From contig NIVC01002018.1 in NCBI GenBank assembly GCA_002269645.1, positions 1 through 64,000 on the forward strand: a stretch of DNA of 64,000 bases, read 5' to 3'. A program made the translations under genes and the position numbers. Below, piece after piece: positions 50,656 through 61,479 of the stretch; the stretch's first letter is position 1, and every line of letters begins with the position of its first letter. The notes under the pieces were generated by a model. The model worked only from the letters and a program-made list of their open reading frames with translations, did not search any database and was not told the DNA's origin. The DNA comes from Macrostomum lignano (taxonomy: Eukaryota).

Positions 50656-50839
50656 ATTGTTTAGATAGTCCGATATCCACTAAACAACCGCGTCTTTTAG
50701 CTAGGACAAATGGTTCACCAATATGTAGGGATTTTGGCCCGTCATAACAAGATTCGTTATTCTTTCTCCAAACCTCCTAACATTTCCTCGCAAACCCTAT
50801 TGATACACTGCAGCCGTAAGCTGGACATTGGTTGTCAAG

Positions 50840-52482
50840 ATGATTTTCGAAGTCGCGAATCTCCGCAGCCTGCTGCTAACTGCTGCTTTGTTGGCCACTC
50901 TTGGCAACTGCACGCTGCTTGACGATGAGTACCGACTGGAGCGTCACCTGAAGTCTCTGGAGTATAGCACCAACATTGTGCCCATCCGGGATAAGACAAA
51001 GACGAGACAGGTGAAACGTTTTGCACGCACGCGTAGCATTCCGAGAGTACAGTTCAATATTATGAGCTAGAGTGACAAGTGGATGCGGGTAGTCATTGGT
51101 CTGCTCACCTATCTAAGTAAGGGTGTCTTTGGCAGGATGATATTAGCTAACCGTGAGAGATTAAAGGTGAAAGATTCGATAAATATCGCAAGTTTTTTAT
51201 TCAGTTACAAATAAAAGACTTCTCTGCAGCAAGTCAACATTAAATTAATCAATTCACTGTATGGGCTCAGATTTTTTAATTGATTGATTTCTTACCAGAA
51301 CAATAATTATATCTTTAAGTAATAGCTCGTACCGCACCAATGCAGGTTATATTTATGGCCTTCCATCCGGTGAGCCTCGTTGAGCTGAACGGCGCTAGCC
51401 AGGTCATCAAAGTGATGGGGATGCTCAGCATTCGCTGGTTCGATGAAGTGCTGGTGTGGAACAAGACCCACTTTAACGTGTCCTTCTTGCGCCGGACTCC
51501 TGAGGAGATCTGGTACCCCAGCGTCTACGTGTTCAATGGCAACAGCATTCTGAAGCCCGAGCTGCCGATCGGCCTGTACCACCTCAACAGCTCCGTCACA
51601 ATGGCCTACGCAGTCTTCAAGCAGACCTTCGAGGTCAACTGCCAGATGAACATGAGCAAGTTTCCCTACGACACGCAGGCTTGCCAAATCATTCTGGTCG
51701 TGGACTACGACACGGATATACCTCCGGTACTGAGCCTGCAGGACCGCAAACGCAACTACCGAGCTGCCTACTTTGAGCACAGCGAGTGGCGCCTCGCAGA
51801 CCTGCGCAGCCAGCCAGAGAACCTGTGGTTCAATTTTTCCCAGGTCGACCAGACTAAAAACACGCTGCAAGCCTTTGTTGTCAGGATGGAGTTCCAGCGC
51901 CTTGGACTGTACTACACTCGCAACATCGTCATTCCGGTTACTATGCTGACTATACTGCAGATGCTCGTTTTTGTCATTCCGATCGAGAGCAACGAGAAAA
52001 TTACGTTCGGAGTGACGCTTCTACTGGCCTTCACCATCTATATGCTGCTGTTTGAGAAGCTCATTCCCAAGGCTCCGACTGTGCCTGCAATCTTCTCCTT
52101 CATCACGAGCGCTGTTGTGCTGTCGGCCGTGTCAGTGCTACTCAGCTGCTGCGTGCTGGTTGTGTACTACATGCACGAAGAGCTGCCTATGCCGCAGTCC
52201 GTGCACTGGCTGCTGTTCGACATTCTGGCCCGTCTGCTTCGCGTCCACCTGCCCGCCCAGTACCGTCGCCGCCCGCAACATGCGGGAGTCGCGACTGCCG
52301 TTCTGGAGCTCAATGGCCAGGAACTGCTGCCCAACCAGCAGCCGCAGCCGCCAACAACTCTGAAGCCGCAGCTCCGACACCGTTGGCGCCTCGCTGCTCA
52401 GGTTCTGGAGCGATTGCTGACGCTGCTGAGCATCCTGTGCGTGTGCGGGCTGTTGGGAAATTATTACAGGACCTTGCTGTGA
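50840..52482 (+). CDS. Cys-loop ligand-gated ion channel subunit (nAChR/5-HT3/ZAC-like orphan), 435 aa, 2 exons
   Basis: Exon 1 50840-51010 (signal peptide; CAG|GTGAAA), exon 2 51346-52482 (tgcag|GTT). W.DEVLVW, EIWYPSVYVFN, Cys-loop CQMNMSKFPYDTQAC (C-x13-C), four TMs, M2 NEKITFGVTLLLAF. Confidence 0.9.
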
Positions 52483-52944
52483 ACAGGCTGAGCTTTGATC
52501 ATGCGACTAAAGGATACTTTTAGCGGAACGTTGATCGAGCCGTGCATGAAGTTTGTTGGAACTTGTCAAGTGCGCGCCCGATTCTTCAAGAGATCCAATG
52601 ATAACTGAGAGTTTCATAGCCATGAAGCGATAAGTTTTCACAATTTTTGACACAGTCGGTGACCTTTTCTAGTTTCTCTCGTTGAATTGACACTAGAATC
52701 GAAATCGACACTAGCACACTTTATTGCCCACTATACCATCTGAACTATTTGCTTGTTCCACTTCCATGACGACTTTTTATCGATTTGGAAATGTGAAACC
52801 AAGCAATCAATAATCTCTGTTGAACTCTTGCTGATCGTCTTGCCGCTGATCTGATCATATGTTTTATCTGCTCGATGGCCGACGCCATTGTATATATTCC
52901 ATAATTTCTAGACCAGGAGCTACCCTACTTCACTAGTGACAATG

Positions 52945-53637
52945 TTAGCTGATCAAGTTCCAAAAACATTAGCTGATCAAGTCCCAAAACATTAGCTGAT
53001 CAAGTCTCAAAACATTAGCTGATCAAGTCCCAAAACATTAGCTGATCAAGTCCCAAAACATTAGCTGATCAAGTCCCAAAACATTAGCTGATCAAGTCCC
53101 AAAACATTAGCTGATCAAGTCCCAAAACATTAGCTGATCAAGTTCCAAAAACATTAGCTGATCAAGTCCCAAAAACATTAGCTGATCAAGTTCCAAAAAC
53201 ATTAGCTGATCAAGTCCCAAAAACATTAGCTGATCAGGTTCCAAAAACATTAGCTGATCAAGTTCCAAAAACATTAGCTGATCAAGTTCCAAAAACATTA
53301 GCTGATCAAGTCCCAAAAACATTAGCTGATCAAGTTCCAAAAACATTAGCTGATCAAGTCCCAAAAACATTAGCTGATCAAGTTCCAAAAACATTAGCTG
53401 ATCAAGTCCCAAAAACATTAGCTGATCAAGTTCCAAAACATTAGCTGATCAAGTCCCAAAAACATTAGCTGATCAAGTCCCAAAAACATTAGCTGATCAA
53501 GTCCCAAAAACATTAGCTGATCAAGTTCCAAAAACATTAGCTGATCAAGTTCCAAAAACATTAGCTGATCAAGTTCCAAAAACATTAGCTGATCAAGTTC
53601 CAAAAACATTAGCTGATCAAGTTCCAAAAACATTAGC
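52945..53637. repeat. 24-bp minisatellite (ACATTAGCTGATCAAGT[T/C]CCAAAA)n between the two LGIC genes
   Basis: Direct reading; 8-aa periodicity in spurious ORFs. Confidence 0.95.
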
Positions 53638-54147
53638 GTATTATGCGAGCGTATTTCGGAGAGATTTTGGTTTGGTTTTAGCCCGTAATACAAAAATTTT
53701 TGTCGGTATTAATCTTAATCCTTGCCTGTTTTTCCATCGTAAAAAATTCTCGTGAACAAACTTATTTATCATATCGCTGGACCTCGTCACTACGTCTGTT
53801 TTAAAAGTCAGCTTCGAGCTATCAGTGACATTTAAAATGACTCTAATTGTGTTATGCCACAATCAATTTTAAATATTTGACGTATTTTTATCAACTCACT
53901 GATGTCACCTGGTGTTGGTTTGTTTTGCCGCATTCTTCCATTGCTACTGTGTGTTGAAGCATAGCTCGTAGGTTGCATATTGACGCTCATACAATTTTTG
54001 AAAAAGGCCACTAGAGAGTAAAAAAACAGTGACTGACTTCTTGTAATTTTTTTCTAGCTCGTACTTAGATTTGAGTAGCTGTGCTTTCGTAATATTTTAT
54101 TTGGTTTCAAAGAATTTAAAACGCACTTTGAAATTATCACACTCTTC

Positions 54148-55365
54148 ATGCAGCTGAGACAAATCATAGCGACTCGTCGACAGCAACAGCTCCCGTTGCT
54201 GCTGCTGCTGCTGCTGCTACTGACTGCTTCAGCGGTTCTCGCCGACTCCAAAGAACTGGCACTTCAACGGTATCTTGACAGTCGCGCCGTCAGCCGAAAC
54301 ATCTGGCCTCTGAAAGTTGACAGTCCCGAGGCCGCGTGGTCCCTGGTCGTCGACTTCGCGCCCCTAGCCCTGGTGCAGTTGGACTCCACATCCCAGTCGC
54401 TCAAACTGCTCGCCTCTCTGCAAATCGACTGGCCCGATGAGGTCAACGTGTGGGACGTCGGCCGCCATCCGCTTCGACTGACGCATCGACGACCATCGGA
54501 GCTCTGGCATCCGACAGTGTTGCTGCAGAATGCTCTGGACAGTTCGAGCGGCCTGCTGAAACCGCAGGGCTCGATCTTGCTGCGTCACCAGGCTAACAAT
54601 AAAACCCTAGGAAGCATGAAAATCCGTCGGGTCTTTGATGTTGGCTGTTTGGCCGATATTCGAAAGTTCCCTCACGACACTCTGTACTGCAATCTGGTCT
54701 TCGTGGTGATGGGAGCGCCGCCCAACGCCGAAGCTGTTGCACTTCGCCCGGTGCCAACATCTGGTTACGTTGCTCACAGCGAGTGGCAGCTCATGAATGT
54801 CAGCACGCGAACAAAGGTTGAGCTGTTTCCGGGTTACCTGGAGCAGGTCCCAGCCCTCACTGTTGCACTGCAGTTTCAGCGGAACGGAGATTTCTATCAG
54901 CGAAACCTGGTGCTGCCAGTCTGCGTACTGACGGTCCTGCACGTCGTGGTGTTCGCGGTGCCCGCCCAGCCAAGCCGCAAGCTGACGCTGGGAAGCAGCA
55001 TCCTGCTCGGCTTCATTCTCTACCTGTTGCTGTTTGAGCAGATCATACCAAAGTCGCAGCAGCTACCGTCGATTTTCTTTGCCTTCCACGCCGCATTGAT
55101 TTTCTCTGTCGCGACCATCGTGTCGGCGGCCGGGGTGCTGATCATGTACCACAAGAGGGGCCGCGGACCGCCGAGGTGCCTGCAGATGCTGCTGGTTCGC
55201 CTGCTTGGCAGCTGCGTGTTGCTGCCGGCTGAGCGGACGCTGAGCAGCTCGTCGCGACCGCGGCAGCTGTGGCGGGGGGCCGCCAAGATTGCCGACCGAG
55301 TTCTGACCATCGCTGCAGTTGTGGTGGCAGCCATCTGCGTTGCGAGTTTCTCGCGATATTCCTAG
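54148..55365 (+). CDS. Second Cys-loop ligand-gated ion channel subunit, intronless, 405 aa
   Basis: Leu-rich signal peptide, IDWPDEVNVW, ELWHPTVLLQN, Cys-loop CLADIRKFPHDTLYC (C-x13-C), SEWQL, FQRN..FYQRNLVLP, four TMs. Confidence 0.9.
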   Translation: MQLRQIIATRRQQQLPLLLLLLLLLTASAVLADSKELALQRYLDSRAVSRNIWPLKVDSPEAAWSLVVDFAPLALVQLDSTSQSLKLLASLQIDWPDEVNVWDVGRHPLRLTHRRPSELWHPTVLLQNALDSSSGLLKPQGSILLRHQANNKTLGSMKIRRVFDVGCLADIRKFPHDTLYCNLVFVVMGAPPNAEAVALRPVPTSGYVAHSEWQLMNVSTRTKVELFPGYLEQVPALTVALQFQRNGDFYQRNLVLPVCVLTVLHVVVFAVPAQPSRKLTLGSSILLGFILYLLLFEQIIPKSQQLPSIFFAFHAALIFSVATIVSAAGVLIMYHKRGRGPPRCLQMLLVRLLGSCVLLPAERTLSSSSRPRQLWRGAAKIADRVLTIAAVVVAAICVASFSRYS

Positions 55366-56319
55366 ACATGGAATTCGTCGAGATTGCACAATTAAGTGAA
55401 CAATCGATTTTGCAGTCGTGGACCCTGCGGTTGAGGCTACTCGTTTATAATTATTCTTAAGTGGATTTAACTGGTTTGAATGGGTAGAGTGCGGTCACCA
55501 GGTCCCTGATTTTCTCTAATCCTTCAGCGATCCTTCAGCGATTCCTTTAGCGATCAAAGAATAAAGGCAGGAAACCAAAAGATTTATTTACCTGAAGGTT
55601 TACCTGAAGGTTTACCTGAAACTGAGTAACGTAGAAATGAGCATGCAATAGGTATTACAGTTACTTGTCCTAAAATTAGTGCAGATTTAGTTAGGCATTG
55701 ACTACCTTGGTGTACTGTTATGGGCATCGACTACCTGTAACAGTTTTACGTATTCCCCCAATTTCTATTATTCTTGATCTTACCTCTATATTTACCTTGA
55801 AGTTAGAATAAGCTTCAACACTGACACCCAACTTAAAAACCCTTTTGTCTCCCCGAGCTTCAAATGCTCGATACTTATAAGGAACTCCCAAATTCGCGAT
55901 CTAATCTAATCCTAAGCTGAAACTACTGATAGTAGTGCAAAAGCATTTCTGCACTAATACAATATTTTGCCACATCTTTTAACATCGCTGAAAACATTGT
56001 AACGATTAAAAGTACGTAATTGTGCATAAAGATGCTGGTTTTAAGCACTAAAAAAGTAGGAAATTTTCGTAGACAGGTTTATTTGAATGTAAAGTAATAA
56101 AATACAGCTATGGCGGCCTGCCTTTTGTAATTTTTGTCAATTTCAACTACAATAAACATTTTAATCGTAATTCAGTGTCTCGGACCTGCGACCAAAAATG
56201 AGACCAAAAAATCCATTTCCGCCGTCAAACGCTACCGCTCCGATTCTTTGAATGGTTGATTCATATCGGGAATTGAAGTGGGGGCTCAACTGTCTCACCG
56301 CGACTGTCTCACTGAGACA

Positions 56320-57570
56320 CTTGAGAGAGGAGACACATGTAGAGGAGACACAGTGAGAGGAGACACAGGGAGAGGAGACACAGGGAGACACAGGGAGAGG
56401 AGACACAGGGAGAGGAGACACAGTGAGAGGAGACACAGGGAGAGGAGACACAGGGAGAGGAGACACAGGGAGAGGAGACACAGGGAGACACAGGGAGAGG
56501 AGACACAGGGAGAGAAGACACAAGGAGAGAAGACACAGGGAGAGAAGACACAGGAGAGGAGACACAGGGAGAGAAGACACAGGGAGAGAAGACACAGGGA
56601 GAGGAGACACAGGGAGAGAAGACACAGGGAGAGAAGACACAGGGAGAGAAGACACAGGGAGACACAGGGAGAGGAGACACAGGGAGAGGAGACACAGGAG
56701 AGGAGACACAGGGAGAGGAGACACAGGGAGAGAAGACACAGGGAGAGGAGACACAGGGAGAGGAGAGGAGAGGAGACACAGGGAGAGGAGACACAGGGAG
56801 AGAAGACACAGGGAGACACAGGGAGAGGAGACACAGGGAGAGGAGACACAGGAGAGGAGACACAGGGAGAGGAGACACAGGGAGAGAAGACACAGGGAGA
56901 GAAGACACAGGGAGAGGAGACACAGGGAGAGGAGACACAGGGAGAGGAGACACAGGAATAGGAGACACAGGGAGAGGAGACACAGGGAGAGGAGACACAG
57001 GGAAAGGAGACACAGGGAGAGGAGACACAGGGAGAGGAGACACAGGGAGAGGAGACACAGGGAGAGAAGACACAGGGAGACACAGGGAGAGGAGACACAG
57101 GGAGAGGAGACACAGGGAGAGGAGACACAGGAGAGGAGACACAGGGAGACACAGGGAGAGGAGACACCGGGAGAGGAGACACAGGGAGAGGAGACACCGG
57201 GAGAGGAGACACAGGGAGAGGAGACACAGGGAGAGAAGACACAGGGAGAGGAGACACAGGGAGAGAAGACACAGGGAGAGAAGACACAGGGAGAGAAGAC
57301 ACAGGGAGACACAGGGAGAGGAGACACAGGGAGAGGAGACACAGGGAGAGGAGACACAGGGAGAGGAGACACAGGGAGACACAGGGAGAGGAGACACAGG
57401 GAGAGGAGACACAGGGAGAGGAGACACAGGGAGAGGAGACACAGGGAGACACAGGGAGAGCAGACACAGGAGAGGAGACACAGGGAGACACAGGGAGAGG
57501 AGACACAGGGAGAGGAGACACAGGGAGAAACAGGGAGAGGAGACACAGGGAGAGGAGACAAGGAGAGAGG
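56320..57570. repeat. 15-bp purine-rich minisatellite (ACACAGGGAGAGGAG)n
   Basis: Direct reading; 5-aa periodicity in spurious ORFs. Confidence 0.95.
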
Positions 57571-58524
57571 TGGCAGCAAGGAATTTGAAGTCCTCGTACA
57601 ATGGATTGGCGTCATGTGCAAAAAAGGTCGTCATAAACTTTTATCAGCAGTCGCGGGACATCATGACGTGTTTCAATCCTTTTCATCCCCCCAGCATTTG
57701 ACCAGACAGAAAAATGTGACACTGGATTTATTTGCTACAGTGGGAAAAGTTCGGGGCAAACAAAATATTCTCTGCCCCGAAATCGAACCAGCATAAATGG
57801 AGAATTACAGTCATTATGAGTCAGGAATGCGACCCTCCCTCCGTCGCAAAGGGGCTGGTTTAGGGTTCGAATCTTTGTAAAATAAAAATAGCGGCCTCAG
57901 GAACGCTGTGGTTGTTGAAAAAGACGAACATCGTAGGAGGTTGTCGATTTGGTTTCGCCCTGATTTAACCCTCAGAAAGCAAAAAGATGTCTACTGTAGA
58001 AACTGCCTGTAGTGTTCTATCCGCACTATTCAATTCATATTCCCTAACTTTAACTCCCTACTGTTGATGACTACTACACTGCAGCATTGAACTGGACAAG
58101 CGTGAAATATTTATATTTGGCCAAGGAAAGTGCGCTAAAAATTTTGAAATGTCTAACAGTTTAATTGTGTCCTATCTGTAGTAACCTCAATTTGAATGCA
58201 GTTTCAAGCGCATGACATTTTTTAGGGAACAATTAAAGTTCATGACGAACTTGCATTTTTCAGCACTACCTACTAGCTTTAGATAATACGAAGTTACATA
58301 ATGGCAACCTAGAAATGTCGTGTACAATCAGGCATGTACACTCTGCACTTTGGGGTTGGCTCTCAAAGCTGTGAATCGCACGGGACGACCGTGTCGAAAT
58401 AAGCAAAGACAAATTTGACAGAAAAACTTCAGGCCACGATTTTTTTTATTTGTTGACAACCAGAACCACACGGTGATGATTGAATTTATAATTTTTAAGA
58501 GCAGTGTCCGAAGAGGTGCATAGA

Positions 58525-61289
58525 CCGGGGCGTCGCCATGGATTTTATGGTGGGGGGGGGACAAAGCCGAAAATCCCACATGTAGCTCGTACATGACTAA
58601 ATTTTACATGTAAATTATTTCCGAATCAGTGTTGTCATCGTTCATTCTAGCGCAGGTGCCATTTTGGCGCCACAGGCACTCAATTTAGCGTCGCAGGCAC
58701 TCATTTTGGCGCCGCGGACACTCATTTTGGCGCCGCAGGCACTAATTTTAGCGCCGCGGGCACTCATTTTAGCGCCACAGGCACTCATTTTCGCGCCACA
58801 GGCACTCATTTTAGCGCCGCAGGCACTCATTTTAGCGCCGCGGGCACTCAATTTGGCGCCGCGGACACTCATTTTGGCGCCGCAGGCACTCATTTTAGCA
58901 CCGCAGGCACTCATTTTGGCGCCGCGGACACTCATTTCAGCGCCGCAGGCACTCATTTTAGCGTCGCAGGCACTCATTTTGGCACCGCAGGCACTCATTT
59001 TAGCGCCGCAGGCACTCATTTTAGCGCCACAGGCACTCAATTTAGCGTCGCAGGCACTCATTTTGGCACCGCAGGCACTCATTTTAGCGCCGCAGGCACT
59101 CATTTTAGCGTCGCAGGCACTCATTTTAGCGCCACAGGCACTCAATTTAGCGTCGCAGGCACTCATTTTGGCGCCACAGGCACTCATTTTGGCGCCGCAG
59201 GCACTCATTTTAGCGCCGCGGGCACTCAATTTGGCGCCGCGGACACTCATTTTGGCGCCGCAGGCACTCATTTTAGCACCGCAAGCACTCATTTTGGCGC
59301 CGCAGGCACTCATTTTAGCGCCGTAGGCAGTCATTTTAGCGCCGCAGGCACTCATTTTAACGCCGCAGGCACTCATTTTAGCGCCACAGGCACTCATTTT
59401 AGCGCCGCAGGCACTCATTTTAGCGCCGCAGGCACTCATTTTAGCGCCGCAGGCACTCATTTTAGCGCCGTAGGCACTCATTTTAGCGCCGTAGGCACTC
59501 ATTTTAGCGCCGCAGGCACTCATTTTAGCGCCGTAGGCACTCATTTTAGCGCCGCAGGCACTCATTTTAACGCCGCAGGCACTCATTTTAGCGCCACAGG
59601 CACTCATTTTAGCGCCGCAGGCACTCATTTTAGCGCCGCAGGCACTCATTTTAGCGCCGCAGGCACTCATTTTAGCGCCGTAGGCACTCATTTTAGCGCC
59701 GCAGGCACTCATTTTAGCGCCGTAGGCACTCATTTTAGCGCCGTAGGCACTCATTTTAGCGCCGCAGGCACTCATTTTAGCGCCAAAGGCACTCATTTTA
59801 GCGCCACAGGCACTCATTTTAGCGCCGCAGGCACTCATTTTAGCGCCGCAGGCACTCATTTTAGCGCCGCAGGCACTCATTTTAACGCCGCAGGCACTCA
59901 TTTTAGCGCCACAGGCACTCATTTTAGCGCCGCAGGCACTCATTTTAGCGCCGTAGGCACTCATTTTAGCGTCGCAGGCACTCATTTTAGCGCCACAGGC
60001 ACTCAATTTAGCGTCGCAGGCACTCATTTTGGCGCCACAGGCACTCATTTTGGCGCCGCAGGCACTCATTTTAGCGCCGCGGGCACTCAATTTGGCGCCG
60101 CGGACACTCATTTTGGCGCCGCAGGCACTCATTTTAGCACCGCAAGCACTCATTTTGGCGCCGCAGGCACTCATTTTAGCGCCACAGGCACTCATTTTAG
60201 CGCCGCAGGCACTCATTTTAGCGCCACAGGCACTCATTTTAGCGCCGCAGGCACTCATTTTAGCGCCGCAGGCACTCATTTTAGCGCCGCAGGCACTCAT
60301 TTTAACGCCGCAGGCACTCATTTTAGCGCCACAGGCACTCATTTTAGCGCCGCAGGCACTCATTTTAGCGCCGCAGGCACTCATTTTAGCGCCGCAGGCA
60401 CTCATTTTAGCGCCGTAGGCACTCATTTTAGCGCCGCAGGCACTCATTTTAACGCCGCAGGCACTCATTTTAGCGCCACAGGCACTCATTTTAGCGCCGC
60501 AGGCACTCATTTTAGCGCCGCAGGCACTCATTTTAGCGCCGTAGGCACTCATTTTAGCGCCGTAGGCACTCATTTTAGCGCCGTAGGCACTCATTTTAGC
60601 GCCGCAGGCACTCATTTTAGCGCCGTAGGCACTCATTTTAGCGCCGCAGGCACTCATTTTAACGCCGCAGGCACTCATTTTAGCGCCACAGGCACTCATT
60701 TTAGCGCCGCAGGCACTCATTTTAGCGCCGCAGGCACTCATTTTAGCGCCGCAGGCACTCATTTTAGCGCCGTAGGCACTCATTTTAGCGCCGCAGGCAC
60801 TCATTTTAGCGCCGTAGGCACTCATTTTAGCGCCGTAGGCACTCATTTTAGCGCCGTAGGCACTCATTTTAGCGCCGCAGGCACTCATTTTAGCGCCACA
60901 GGCACTCATTTTAGCGCCGCAGGCACTCATTTTAGCGCCGCAGGCACTCATTTTAGCGCCGCAGGCACTCATTTTAGCGCCGTAGGCACTCATTTTAGCG
61001 CCGCAGGCACTCATTTTAGCGCCGCAGGCACTCATTTTAGCGCCGTAGGCACTCATTTTAGCGCCGTAGGCACTCATTTTAGCGCCGTAGGCACTCATTT
61101 TAGCGCCGTAGGCACTCATTTTAGCGCCGTAGGCACTATGTTTTGTCGCTCTAAAGCAAAAATATTGATTTAAATAACGGGTCAACAAGGGGTTGGGGGG
61201 GGGACAAAGCATTGGCATGTCCCCCACATAGCTTTTACTGGGGGGGGGGATATGTCCCCACTGCCCCCCCCCCGGTGGCGACGCCCCTG
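58525..61289 (+). mobile_element. Non-autonomous hAT element carrying a 2.5-kb 21-bp minisatellite
   Basis: TIRs CCGGGGCGTCGCCA / TGGCGACGCCCCTG. Perfect 8-bp TSD TGCATAGA at 58517-58524 and 61290-61297. Confidence 0.88.
58655..61138. repeat. 21-bp minisatellite (GGCACTCATTTTAGCGCCGCA)n, roughly 118 units
   Basis: Direct reading; the 861-aa MSACGAK ORF is its translation. Confidence 0.97.
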
Positions 61290-61479
61290 TGCATAGAGGA
61301 TGAAAAAGACAATTAAAAGAAGGTTATTGCTAAAACACTATTTTAACACTTTGTGGTGCATTCTGTGCATGCATTCGTGGCGCATCCATTAGGGCAAACC
61401 ACCGAGTTATTGTTTCCAGACGCGTGATAGAGAAATAATCAATAAAACAGAGCGCTAAGCATCACCAGCTGTTCACAGA

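Noticed and set aside
52945-53637. CRISPR-like array (also considered for 13064-13800 and 31988-32117)
   Set aside because: Units are head-to-tail with no unique spacers, there are no cas genes, and the context is eukaryotic.
56161-57796. Four overlapping 400-490-aa ORFs
   Set aside because: All are frames of a 15-bp minisatellite; no unique domain or splice context.
58642-61227. 861-aa MSACGAK-repeat ORF as a real protein
   Set aside because: It is the stop-free translation of a 21-bp minisatellite lying inside a MITE with TIRs and TSD.
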